From Bacteroidales bacterium (GTDB lineage Bacteria > Bacteroidota > Bacteroidia > Bacteroidales > WCHB1-69), in contig DAONEU010000001.1 in NCBI GenBank assembly GCA_035403245.1, forward strand, positions 1,394 through 65,393: a stretch of DNA of 64,000 nucleotides, written 5' to 3'. The notes under the pieces are model-generated. The model did not search any database, was not told the DNA's origin, and was given only the letters and a program-made list of their open reading frames with translations. Shown here in pieces: positions 34,688 to 43,301 of the stretch. Within the stretch, counting starts at the first letter, position 1. Each line of letters starts with the position of its first letter. The translations under genes were made by a program, and so were the position numbers.

Positions 34688-34720
34688 TTAGCACATCAAC
34701 ACATTAGCACATCAGCACAT
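34688..34720 (+). repeat. tandem word array TTAGCACAT-CAACACAT-TAGCACAT-CAGCACAT
   Basis: Read directly. It ends 6 nt before the -7 box at 34727. Related words occur at 40145-40153, 30014-30038 and 32342-32376. Confidence 0.65.
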
Positions 34721-34726
34721 TTTTAT

Positions 34727-34734
34727 TACTTTTG
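34727..34734 (+). promoter_or_regulatory. -7 box (TACTTTTG) for the acetyltransferase gene
   Basis: Exact match, 22 nt upstream of ATG 34757. Confidence 0.5.
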
Positions 34735-34756
34735 CCAAAATTAAAGAATTTGCATT

Positions 34757-35329
34757 ATGGAATATTTTGTTCACGAATCTTCATATATCGATGAGGGGTG
34801 TCAAATTGGAAAAGATACTAAGATATGGCATTTCTGCCATATAATGTCACATGCCGTTATTGGTGAAAAATGCAATATTGGGCAAAATGTGATGATTGCT
34901 TCCTACGTTATTTTAGGGAACAATGTTAAAATCCAGAATAATGTTTCGATATATACCGGAGTGACTTGCGAAGATGATGTATTTCTAGGGCCTTCTATGG
35001 TCTTTACTAATGTGGGTCATCCTAGAAGTGCAGTTAACAGAAAAGATCAATACGAAAAGACCTTAGTTAAAAAAGGGGCTACAATTGGAGCAAATGCAAC
35101 CATTGTTTGTGGACATACTATCGGGAAATTTGCCTTTATCGGTGCAGGGTCAGTAGTGACTAAAGACGTTCCGGATTATGCTTTAATGATTGGAAATCCT
35201 GCCAAGCAAGTGGGTTGGGTTAGTGAATATGGTCATACTTTGAGCTTTGACGAAAAAAAACTCGCCACCTGTAAAGAGAGTGGCGAGTTATATCAACTCA
35301 CTGAAAAAGGAGTTGTAAAATTATCTTAG
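34757..35329 (+). CDS. left-handed beta-helix (hexapeptide-repeat) sugar N-acetyltransferase, WbpD/WlbB-like
   Basis: Hexapeptide repeats throughout. '[14 protein letters not shown]' and '[16 protein letters not shown]' are typical of the family. Confidence 0.8.
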   Translation: MEYFVHESSYIDEGCQIGKDTKIWHFCHIMSHAVIGEKCNIGQNVMIASYVILGNNVKIQNNVSIYTGVTCEDDVFLGPSMVFTNVGHPRSAVNRKDQYEKTLVKKGATIGANATIVCGHTIGKFAFIGAGSVVTKDVPDYALMIGNPAKQVGWVSEYGHTLSFDEKKLATCKESGELYQLTEKGVVKLS

Positions 35330-35336
35330 AATATTA

Positions 35337-36335
35337 TTAAACAGTTGCTTGGCAAGCAGTTATAGCAACTAAACTAACAATATCTTCAACTGAACATCCA
35401 CGAGAAAGGTCGTTGATTGGAGCAGCCATCCCTTGCATTATTGGGCCAACAGCTTCAGCATCTGCCATTCTTTGAACCAATTTATAAGCGATATTTCCAA
35501 CTTCTAATGTAGGGAAAACTAATACGTTAGCTCTTCCAGCGATTTCACTACCCGGAGCTTTAGATGCACCTACACTAGGTATTATTGCAGCATCAGCTTG
35601 TAATTCTCCGTCAATTTTTAAATCAGGAGCCATCTCTTTAGCAATACGAGTTGCATTTACTACTTTGTCAACCATTTCATGTTTGGCAGAACCTTTAGTA
35701 GAGAAACTCAACATGGCTACTCTAGGATCTAATTTTGCAATAGATTGGGCAGTTCTGGCAGAAACAACAGCTATTTCAGCAAGTTCTCTCTCATTAGGAT
35801 TAGGTGTTGCAGCGCAATCAGCAAATACCATAATTCCATCATCACCCCATTTTTTATCTTTAAATACCATGATAAATGCACCTGAAACGACAGATACACC
35901 CGGTAAAGTTTTCACAATTTGAAAAGCTGGACGAAGCACATCACCGGTGGCATTTTTAGCACCGGCAACTTCACCATCCACCTCTTTATTTTTGATTAAA
36001 AGAGTTGCTAAATAGAGCGGATCTTCCACTAAACGAAGTGCTTCTTCCATTTGCATCCCTTTGCTTTTTCTGATATCACATAACATTTGAGCGTACATCT
36101 CCTTTTGTGGATTGGCAATTGGATCAATGATTCTAGCCTTAGAAATATAATTTAAGCCCCAATCTTTAGCTTGTTTTTCAATTTGTGCAGTGTTGCCTAA
36201 TAATACAATATTGGCATAGCCCTCTTTTAATACAAGATCCGCTGCTTTTAATGTTCTTTCTTCTTCACCTTCAGGAAGTACAATGGTTTTGTTTGCCTTT
36301 TTGGCATTTTCTTTGATTTGTTCTATGATATTCAT
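35337..36335 (-). CDS. pta: phosphate acetyltransferase (short form)
   Basis: 'IVLPEGEEERTLKAA', 'SFSTKGSAKH', 'GELQADAA' and 'PINDLSRGCS'. Confidence 0.9.
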   Translation of the reverse strand: MNIIEQIKENAKKANKTIVLPEGEEERTLKAADLVLKEGYANIVLLGNTAQIEKQAKDWGLNYISKARIIDPIANPQKEMYAQMLCDIRKSKGMQMEEALRLVEDPLYLATLLIKNKEVDGEVAGAKNATGDVLRPAFQIVKTLPGVSVVSGAFIMVFKDKKWGDDGIMVFADCAATPNPNERELAEIAVVSARTAQSIAKLDPRVAMLSFSTKGSAKHEMVDKVVNATRIAKEMAPDLKIDGELQADAAIIPSVGASKAPGSEIAGRANVLVFPTLEVGNIAYKLVQRMADAEAVGPIMQGMAAPINDLSRGCSVEDIVSLVAITACQATV

Positions 36336-36367
36336 AATATATTGTGTTTATTATTTGATTCGGGGTG

Positions 36368-36375
36368 CAAAAGTA
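36368..36375 (-). promoter_or_regulatory. -7 box (TACTTTTG) for pta
   Basis: Exact match, 32 nt upstream of ATG 36335. Confidence 0.5.
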
Positions 36376-36390
36376 CACCAATTTTTTTTA

Positions 36391-36398
36391 TATTTTTG
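36391..36398 (+). promoter_or_regulatory. -7 box (TATTTTTG) for the 864-aa surface protein gene
   Basis: Exact match, 28 nt upstream of ATG 36427. Confidence 0.5.
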
Positions 36399-36426
36399 CG
36401 TTATCTTTATTTAAAAAAGATAGTTC

Positions 36427-39021
36427 ATGAAATTAAAACTACTCCTGTTTTTACTATTACTGAGTTCATTTTCACTCTTTGCTACTCATAACAGGGCTGG
36501 TGAGATCACTTATCAGTATTTAAGCGGTTTAACTTTTCAATTTACAATCATTACGTATACCTATACTCCTAGTCCCGCTGACAGACCACAAATCGAAGTT
36601 TTCTGGGGTGACGGAACAAGCTCCATCATCGATAGAAATAATAAAATTGATCTTGGAAATGATATTAGTAAAAACATTTATATCACGAATCACTCGTACT
36701 CTTCCATGGGAACCTATCATGTTACTTTTGAAGATCCCAATAGAAATGCTGGAGTAATTAATATTCCAAACTCGGTAAACATCCCTTTTTTCATAGATAA
36801 TACACTGATAATTAATCCGTTTTTAGGAATGAATAGTTCTCCGGTGCTATTAAATCCACCTGTTGATAACGGATGTGTGAATATCCCTTTTTATCATAAT
36901 CCCGGTGCTTATGATGTGGACGGTGATAGTCTCTCCTTTAAACTGATATCTTGTAAAGGATTTAATGGTGACAATATTCCCGGTTATACACTCCCTTCAG
37001 CCTCTAACTCCCTGTCAATAAATCCAATAACAGGTGAATTGACTTGGGATACCCCTCAATTAGTAGGGGAGTATAATATTGCAATTCAAATCAATGAGTA
37101 TCGAAACAAAGTTTTGATTGGAACCATGGTGAGAGATATGCAGGTTTCTATTGCCGCATGTAATAATCAACCACCAGTTATACAAACAATTACAGATACA
37201 TGCGTCACTGCAGGGGCCCCATTGGATATTGAAGTTTTGGTAACAGATCCCAATTCAACACAAGTTTCTTTATCTGCTACAGGTGAACCATTTTTGCTTT
37301 CTAATTCACCAGCTTTTTTACAAAGTACTTCCGGAACTCCACCAATAACATCCCATTTTCGTTGGAATACTGAATGTTCTCATGTTAAAAAGCAAAAGTA
37401 TACTGTAACTTTAAAAGCCATAGATAATGGCCCAATTATAAACTTAGTTTCGTTCAAAACACTTTATATAACAATTGTTGCCCCAAAACCCGAGAATCCC
37501 GTTGCTGAGCCTAACGGAAATACGATCAAAATATCTTGGGATCAGGAAAAATGTTCAAATGCCATAGGTTATAAGATCTATAAAAGAACTGATTCTTATC
37601 TGTTTGAGCCGTATAATTGTGAAACAGGTCTTCCAGGTTATGCCGGGTATCGATTATTGGGGACAACAAATGGTGTTGCAGATACGATGTTTATTGATGA
37701 TGGTTCTATTATTCCATTATATCATGGGAACAATTATTGCTACCGAATTGTAGCTTTCTTTAGTGATGGAGCTGAAAGTTATGTTTCAGATGAAGTATGT
37801 GCCTATATTGTTAATGATGCGCCACTAATTACGAATGTTGATGTCCTTCAAACAGATGTGTTAACAGGTCAAATTGAAGTCAAGTGGCTTGCACCTCCTG
37901 AAATAGATACTACTTTAGTTGAAGAACCCTATTTCTTTAAATTATTTAAAGCAACATCTTCTGATCCAAATTACACTGAAATTGCAACCATAAACTTTGA
38001 TCAGAATTATCAGTTTTTAGATCAAAACCTGAACACTACTGAGATAACCTATTTTTATAAAGTAGAATTTTGGGGAGAGGGAGATTTTGGCCCCTATATG
38101 GTGGAAACTTCAGATCCTGCTTCCTCTGTTTTCCTACAAACAAATCCAACAGATAATGCTATTGTCTTGAATTGGAATTCTAGAGTTCCCTGGCAGAATA
38201 AATACACTGAAATTTACAGATATAATTCTGAAAATGAAGAATATGACTCAATTGCAACTACAACAGCATCAACATTTACCGATTATGGATTATTAAATGG
38301 GGTTCAATATTGTTATTATGTAAAAACTGTGGGAGGCTATTTTACTCCTGATACTTTGTTTCCATTTTATAACCGATCACAAATTAAGTGTGATATTCCG
38401 ATAGATAATTTACCTCCAACAATACCGAATGTCGAAATTACTACTAATTGTGAAGAAGTTGTCATTTCCTGGCGTTATGATAATGACACGTCATATCTTG
38501 ATGTTTTCAAATATTATATTTATTATCGCCCCAATTACCAAACTGAATTCTACTTGCTTGATTCAATAATGAGTACAAATGATCCATGTTATCCCCATAT
38601 ATGTGAAATCATTCTAGAAGATAGGCCCCACATTACCGGATGTTATTCAATTGCTTTAATCGATTCTGTGGGAAATATTTCACAAAAAACGCCTCAAGTT
38701 TGTTTTGATGTAGAGGATTGTCTTTCATATTCTTTACCGAATGTGTTTACCCCGAATAATGATTCTTTCAATGATACATGGATCCCATTTCCTTATTCAA
38801 ATGTAGATAGTATTGATTTATATGTATACAATCGTTGGGGAAGAAAAGTTTTTCAAACAAATGATCCTGATATTAATTGGGATGGAAGAGATTATTTATC
38901 GAATCAAAAAGTATCTGCAGGAACCTACTATTATTCCTGTGATATTTTTATTGAAACCTTACATGGACCTAAGAAATTAGCTTTACATGGGACGGTAACC
39001 ATTTTAAATGAAATGGATTGA
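36427..39021 (+). CDS. large secreted Ig/FN3-like repeat protein with a T9SS type-B ('gliding motility-associated') C-terminal domain
   Basis: Signal peptide. 'ATHNRAGEITYQYL' N-terminal motif. C-terminus 'LPNVFTPNNDSFNDTW...YVYNRWGRKVFQ...WDGRD...AGTYYY'. Confidence 0.75.
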   Translation: MKLKLLLFLLLLSSFSLFATHNRAGEITYQYLSGLTFQFTIITYTYTPSPADRPQIEVFWGDGTSSIIDRNNKIDLGNDISKNIYITNHSYSSMGTYHVTFEDPNRNAGVINIPNSVNIPFFIDNTLIINPFLGMNSSPVLLNPPVDNGCVNIPFYHNPGAYDVDGDSLSFKLISCKGFNGDNIPGYTLPSASNSLSINPITGELTWDTPQLVGEYNIAIQINEYRNKVLIGTMVRDMQVSIAACNNQPPVIQTITDTCVTAGAPLDIEVLVTDPNSTQVSLSATGEPFLLSNSPAFLQSTSGTPPITSHFRWNTECSHVKKQKYTVTLKAIDNGPIINLVSFKTLYITIVAPKPENPVAEPNGNTIKISWDQEKCSNAIGYKIYKRTDSYLFEPYNCETGLPGYAGYRLLGTTNGVADTMFIDDGSIIPLYHGNNYCYRIVAFFSDGAESYVSDEVCAYIVNDAPLITNVDVLQTDVLTGQIEVKWLAPPEIDTTLVEEPYFFKLFKATSSDPNYTEIATINFDQNYQFLDQNLNTTEITYFYKVEFWGEGDFGPYMVETSDPASSVFLQTNPTDNAIVLNWNSRVPWQNKYTEIYRYNSENEEYDSIATTTASTFTDYGLLNGVQYCYYVKTVGGYFTPDTLFPFYNRSQIKCDIPIDNLPPTIPNVEITTNCEEVVISWRYDNDTSYLDVFKYYIYYRPNYQTEFYLLDSIMSTNDPCYPHICEIILEDRPHITGCYSIALIDSVGNISQKTPQVCFDVEDCLSYSLPNVFTPNNDSFNDTWIPFPYSNVDSIDLYVYNRWGRKVFQTNDPDINWDGRDYLSNQKVSAGTYYYSCDIFIETLHGPKKLALHGTVTILNEMD

Positions 39022-39024
39022 TCC

Positions 39025-39405
39025 CTATTTTTGTTCCCTTTTTAAAATAAACACTTCGAACACAGAATAAGCGAAATAGATAATCATAAAAGCGAAGGCA
39101 AAATACCATCTATCAGCTTTGTTTACAAGAACATATATCGTTAAAAATAAAATACAAGAAGTGAATTTTACAATTCGAGATAACAAATATCTTGAAACCA
39201 TTTTCTTATTGTCGTTACTTTTTAAAGGTCTTAAAACAATAAAAATCGTGAAAAGGGATAATAAAAAAAAGAACAAAACAATAAATGGAAGAGCTGGTGA
39301 TGCATATTTAGGAACAAATATTTGAAATAAAACACTTAAAGCAGTAATAATCACAGAAAAAATGATTAATCTGTATGCGTATTTTGACATTGGAATGGTT
39401 GACAT
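39025..39405 (-). CDS. small 4-TM membrane protein (third gene of the bactofilin-AtpZ cluster)
   Basis: 126 aa, four hydrophobic segments, 4 nt downstream of the AtpZ-like gene. Confidence 0.45.
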   Translation of the reverse strand: MSTIPMSKYAYRLIIFSVIITALSVLFQIFVPKYASPALPFIVLFFFLLSLFTIFIVLRPLKSNDNKKMVSRYLLSRIVKFTSCILFLTIYVLVNKADRWYFAFAFMIIYFAYSVFEVFILKREQK

Positions 39406-39409
39406 ATTG

Positions 39410-39625
39410 CTATTTTTTTTTGATTATAAAGTCTTTAACTACAACATAGATGGCCAAAGCGATACCCCCTAATGAACCAATTAAAGTAAATAAAGGTGAG
39501 AGTTTAAGTATTTTATCCAAATAAATCCCTCCAAAAGTTCCCATGCAAATTAATAGGCCCATTTGAAATGCGACTCCGGAATATCTACCATAACCTGTTA
39601 GAAGTGGCCTTTTATCTTGTTTCAT
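39410..39625 (-). CDS. AtpZ/AtpI-family small membrane protein
   Basis: 71 aa. 'YGRYSGVAFQMGLLICMGTFGGIYLDK' is typical of the AtpZ/AtpI family. Confidence 0.6.
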   Translation of the reverse strand: MKQDKRPLLTGYGRYSGVAFQMGLLICMGTFGGIYLDKILKLSPLFTLIGSLGGIALAIYVVVKDFIIKKK

Positions 39626-39633
39626 TTAAAAAA

Positions 39634-39996
39634 TTAAACGATATCAGTTTGGGTATTTTGCATTGTGCAATTACCAACAAAATTAGCACCCGGTTCAATA
39701 GAAATTTTACCTACATGAATATTCCCGGACAAATTTGCAGTAGCTTTGAGTGATAAAAGTTCTGTTGCATTGATGTTAGCCTTCACAAATCCTTCAATAT
39801 CAATTGATTTACAACGAACTTCACCTTCTAATGATCCATTTTTTCCAATGATAATCTTTGCATTTGAAGATACATTTCCTTTAACAGTTCCGTCAATTCT
39901 ACAATCACCAGTTGTAACTATATCACCTGTTAAAGTGGTTCCCGGTGCAATTATATTAACACCTCCAAGTTCTTCTTGTTCAATCATTTTTGCCAT
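39634..39996 (-). CDS. bactofilin (polymer-forming cytoskeletal protein, DUF583)
   Basis: 'IIAPGTTLTGDIVTTGDCRIDGTVKGNV...IIIGKNGSLEGEV' is a beta-helical bactofilin repeat. Confidence 0.8.
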   Translation of the reverse strand: MAKMIEQEELGGVNIIAPGTTLTGDIVTTGDCRIDGTVKGNVSSNAKIIIGKNGSLEGEVRCKSIDIEGFVKANINATELLSLKATANLSGNIHVGKISIEPGANFVGNCTMQNTQTDIV

Positions 39997-40047
39997 TTTG
40001 TATTCTTATTTATATTATTTATTACTTTTGTCCTATCTTATTGTTTG

Positions 40048-40055
40048 CAAAAATA
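40048..40055 (-). promoter_or_regulatory. -7 box (TATTTTTG) for the bactofilin operon
   Basis: Exact match on the minus strand, 51 nt upstream of ATG 39996. Confidence 0.45.
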
Positions 40056-40113
40056 ATAAATAACTTCATATAATTTCAATATATTTACTATAATTATCAT
40101 TTTTTTCTTCTAC

Positions 40114-40153
40114 CCTTCGCCTTCGCCTTTTACCTTTCGCCTAATTAGCACAT
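40114..40153 (+). repeat. CCTTCG-CCTTCG-CCTTTTA-CCTTTCG mini-repeat followed by TAATTAGCACAT
   Basis: Read directly. A pyrimidine-rich hexamer/heptamer array (40114-40141) abuts a copy of the TTAGCACAT word (40145-40153). Confidence 0.6.
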
Positions 40154-40165
40154 TAAAATAATACC

Positions 40166-40173
40166 TATTTTTG
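40166..40173 (+). promoter_or_regulatory. -7 box (TATTTTTG) for xerD
   Basis: Exact match, 11 nt upstream of ATG 40185. Confidence 0.45.
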
Positions 40174-40184
40174 CAAAAAAAATC

Positions 40185-41102
40185 ATGAATCTCTTGTCTC
40201 AATTTCATCAGTACATCCGATTGGAACGAAATCTTTCCCCAAAAACTGTAGAAGCGTATATGTCAGATTTGAGAAAATGGCTTCGTTTTATGACACAATT
40301 AGAAGATAATCAGATACTTCATGATGGAAATATCGATAATACGATTTTGAATGTCCAGTTGGAAGATTTACAAGAATATTTAGTTTCTCTTTATGATGAG
40401 GGAATCAAGGCGAGAAGTCAATCCAGAGCTATTAGTTCATTAAAAGCATTTTATAAATTTCTTCATTGGAATAAAAAAATTGAAAATGATCCTACGACTT
40501 TTCTTGAAACACCAAGAATTGGGAGAAAACTTCCCGAAGTGCTTACCATTCCCGAAATTGAAAGTATGATCAATAGTATTGATTTGTCCTCTCCCGAAGG
40601 ACACCGAAACAAAGCTATCATTGAAGTAATGTACGGTTGCGGTCTTCGGGTATCTGAAACAGTTGATTTGAAATTATCTCAACTGTTTTTTAAAGAGGAT
40701 TACATCAAAGTGATTGGGAAAGGAGATAAAGAACGATTGGTTCCTATTGGACAAACCGCACAAAATTCTGTTTTGTTGTACGTTGAAGGGAAACGTCTCC
40801 AGGTTAAAACTAAGAAAGGAATGTCAGATTTTGTATTTTTGAATAGGAGAGGATCCAAATTGACAAGAGAAATGGTATATATCATCATAAAACAAATGGC
40901 AGAAATTGCCGGAATAAAAAAAAGTATAAGCCCACATACATTACGACACTCATTTGCCACTCATCTCATTGAAGGAGGTGCAGATTTAAGAGCTGTTCAA
41001 GAGATGCTTGGACACGAAAGTATTACCACTACAGAGATTTATACCCATTTGGATAAAGAGTACATTAGAAGTACAATGGCGATGTATCATCCTAGATATT
41101 AG
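40185..41102 (+). CDS. xerD: tyrosine site-specific recombinase XerD
   Basis: 'FHQYIRLERNLSPKTVEAYMSDL', 'GLRVSE', 'PHTLRHSFATHL' and 'LGHESITTTEIYTHL'. Confidence 0.82.
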   Translation: MNLLSQFHQYIRLERNLSPKTVEAYMSDLRKWLRFMTQLEDNQILHDGNIDNTILNVQLEDLQEYLVSLYDEGIKARSQSRAISSLKAFYKFLHWNKKIENDPTTFLETPRIGRKLPEVLTIPEIESMINSIDLSSPEGHRNKAIIEVMYGCGLRVSETVDLKLSQLFFKEDYIKVIGKGDKERLVPIGQTAQNSVLLYVEGKRLQVKTKKGMSDFVFLNRRGSKLTREMVYIIIKQMAEIAGIKKSISPHTLRHSFATHLIEGGADLRAVQEMLGHESITTTEIYTHLDKEYIRSTMAMYHPRY

Positions 41103-41162
41103 GTAAATAGTATGTTTTTTTAAAACTTTTAAAAAGGCTACATATATCTCCCATTTTTTTTA

Positions 41163-41170
41163 TAATTTTG
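41163..41170 (+). promoter_or_regulatory. -7 box (TAATTTTG) for metK, giving an unusually long leader
   Basis: Exact match, 118 nt upstream of ATG 41289. Other promoter-to-ATG gaps in this window are 5-57 nt. Confidence 0.45.
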
Positions 41171-41288
41171 CACCACGAAAAATGTGGAAAGATTTGTAAC
41201 GCTTGCAACCACTTAAAAAAAATGCTAAAACTGTATTTTTCCTAGTTTTTCGTTACGAATTTTTATTAACTATTAAATTATTAATGTT
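41171..41288 (+). promoter_or_regulatory. structured metK 5' leader; candidate SAM-responsive riboswitch (SAM-II/V-like?)
   Basis: GTGG (41184-87) can pair with CCAC at 41173-76 or at 41209-12. TTTGTAACG (41193-201) is complementary to CGTTACGAA (41251-59), which is followed by T5. The 'GCUUGC..CCAC..AAAAUGCUAAAA' string is present. Confidence 0.3.
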
Positions 41289-42575
41289 ATGAGTTATTTA
41301 TTTACATCAGAATCAGTATCAGAAGGTCATCCGGATAAAGTAAGTGATCAAATTTCAGATGCATTGTTAGATGCATTTATTGCACAAGATCCAAATTCCA
41401 AAGTAGCATGTGAAACTTTAGTTACAACAGGATTGGTAGTTTGTGCAGGTGAAGTAAAAACAGATGGCTATGTTGCTGTTGATGATATTGTTAGAAAGGT
41501 AATTAATAAAATTGGATATAACAAAAGTGAATATCAATTTGATGCTAAATCTTGTGGGGTTTTATCTACCATTCACAGTCAATCTTCCGATATTAATCAA
41601 GGAGTTGAAAGAGCTGTGGATGAGGAACAAGGTGCCGGAGATCAAGGGATGATGTTTGGTTTTGCTTGTAGAGAGATGGATAATTTTATGCCTATTACTT
41701 CTGAACTTGCTCATATTTTCCTTCAAGAATTAGCAGAAATTAGAAGAGAAGGAAAAGTGATGACCTACCTTAGACCAGATGCAAAATCTCAGGTTACCAT
41801 TCAGTACAGCGATAACGGAAAACCTGAAAGAATTGATGCTATCGTGATTTCAACCCAACATGATGATTTTGAAAAAGATGATCAAAAAATGCTGGATAAA
41901 ATTAAAAAAGATGTTCAAGAAATTTTAATTCCAAAAGTGATTGAACTTTGCCCTGAAAGTATAAAAGTTTTATTTAAAGGGGATTATAATTTACATGTTA
42001 ACCCAACTGGTAAATTTGTAATTGGTGGCCCACATGGGGATACCGGTTTGACAGGACGTAAAATCATTGTGGATACTTATGGTGGCCGTGGAGCTCATGG
42101 CGGCGGCGCATTTTCCGGAAAAGATCCTTCAAAAGTTGATAGATCAGCTGCTTATGCTGCTAGACACATAGCAAAAAACATGGTAGCTGCAGGTTTATGT
42201 GATGAGGTTTTAGTTCAGGTTGCTTACGCTATCGGAGTTGCAAAACCTGTCGGTTTGTACGTGAATACAAATAATACGGCTAAAGTTAACATGACTGATG
42301 GTGAGATCGCTTTAAAAATCGAGCAAATTTTTGATATGAGACCTTATGCTATTATTAATAGATTTCAATTAAAAAATCCAATTTTCCAACCTACTGCATC
42401 TTATGGCCATTTTGGCAGAGATGTTTACGAAGCCGAAGTTGAAGTTTTTTATACAGATCAAAATACTTACACTAAAGAGAGTTGTGGTAAAATCAAAACA
42501 TATAAAAAAGTTACTTTCTTTGGTTGGGAAAAACTAGATTTTGTTGATAAAATAAAACAAGCATTCTCAATATAA
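41289..42575 (+). CDS. metK: S-adenosylmethionine synthetase
   Basis: '[21 protein letters not shown]', '[12 protein letters not shown]', '[19 protein letters not shown]'. Confidence 0.96.
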   Translation: MSYLFTSESVSEGHPDKVSDQISDALLDAFIAQDPNSKVACETLVTTGLVVCAGEVKTDGYVAVDDIVRKVINKIGYNKSEYQFDAKSCGVLSTIHSQSSDINQGVERAVDEEQGAGDQGMMFGFACREMDNFMPITSELAHIFLQELAEIRREGKVMTYLRPDAKSQVTIQYSDNGKPERIDAIVISTQHDDFEKDDQKMLDKIKKDVQEILIPKVIELCPESIKVLFKGDYNLHVNPTGKFVIGGPHGDTGLTGRKIIVDTYGGRGAHGGGAFSGKDPSKVDRSAAYAARHIAKNMVAAGLCDEVLVQVAYAIGVAKPVGLYVNTNNTAKVNMTDGEIALKIEQIFDMRPYAIINRFQLKNPIFQPTASYGHFGRDVYEAEVEVFYTDQNTYTKESCGKIKTYKKVTFFGWEKLDFVDKIKQAFSI

Positions 42576-42583
42576 CGATAAAT

Positions 42584-42631
42584 AGGAACCATTTTTCTCT
42601 TTTTGATTTTTGAAAATGGTTCCTTTTTTTT
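42584..42631 (+). terminator. rho-independent terminator after metK
   Basis: 12-bp perfect stem AGGAACCATTTT (42584-95) / AAAATGGTTCCT (42613-24), followed by T7. Confidence 0.8.
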
Positions 42632-42634
42632 CCC

Positions 42635-42642
42635 TATTTTTG
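42635..42642 (+). promoter_or_regulatory. -7 box (TATTTTTG) for the PASTA-domain gene
   Basis: Exact match, 57 nt upstream of ATG 42700. Confidence 0.45.
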
Positions 42643-42699
42643 CCGTATTATATAATAATAAAACGGAATTCGAGTTATATTCATCAATAGTGAATCAGT

Positions 42700-43293
42700 A
42701 TGAAAAGATTCAAAGAATTTATGCAACCAAACAGGATGGGCTTTCATTTACTGTTAGCAATCGGTATAACGATTGCTATTGTTGTAATGGCACTCATTTT
42801 TCTCAATTTTTATACCCGACATGGGAATGAAGTAAAGATGCCCGATTTTGTTGGAAAAGATTCTAAAACCCTTGTTAAAGATTCCCTTTCAAAGGATTTT
42901 ATTGTCGTTATATCAGAATCTGTGTTTGACAAATCAGCAAAGCCGGGAACTGTTTTGAAACAGAATCCAAATCCAAATGAGATGGTGAAAAAAGGGAGAA
43001 AAGTATATTTAACCGTTGCTTCTGATCAACCCCCTAAAGTTAAAATGCCTCAATTACAAGATGTGTCTTTAAGACAAGCTGAGATCATGCTAACAGCAAA
43101 AGGTTTAATTTTAGGAAGTGTGATTTATAAACCAAGTCCCTATGAAAATGCCGTATTGGAGCAACTTTACAGAGGTCGCTATATCGCGCCCGGTACTGAT
43201 ATCAGTATGGGGGAAGTGATCACCCTTGTTGTTGGTAAAGATATTGAAGGACTTCCATCTGATTCAACAATAACAGAAATAATCAATCAATAA
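42700..43293 (+). CDS. membrane-anchored PASTA-domain protein
   Basis: N-terminal TM segment followed by PASTA-like repeats ('MPDFVGKDSKTL...GTVLKQNPNPNEMVKKGRKVYLTV', 'MPQLQDVSLRQAEIML'). Confidence 0.68.
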   Translation: MKRFKEFMQPNRMGFHLLLAIGITIAIVVMALIFLNFYTRHGNEVKMPDFVGKDSKTLVKDSLSKDFIVVISESVFDKSAKPGTVLKQNPNPNEMVKKGRKVYLTVASDQPPKVKMPQLQDVSLRQAEIMLTAKGLILGSVIYKPSPYENAVLEQLYRGRYIAPGTDISMGEVITLVVGKDIEGLPSDSTITEIINQ

Positions 43294-43301
43294 CTCAAAT
43301 T

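Noticed and set aside
34688-34720. The short word arrays (34688-34720, 30014-30038, 40114-40153, 1709-1741) as CRISPR arrays.
   Set aside because: The units are 6-9 nt with no spacers of CRISPR size, each array is under 45 nt, and there are no cas genes in the window.
41171-41288. A SAM-I (S-box) riboswitch upstream of metK.
   Set aside because: The leader lacks the conserved S-box blocks I remember (for example 'GAGGGA' and the kink-turn/4-way junction length). Only a smaller SAM-II/V-like candidate is retained, at low confidence.
42603-42830. 75-aa ORF between metK and the PASTA-domain gene.
   Set aside because: It starts inside the metK terminator hairpin, spans the -7 box at 42635-42642 and overlaps the better-supported 42700 ORF in another frame.
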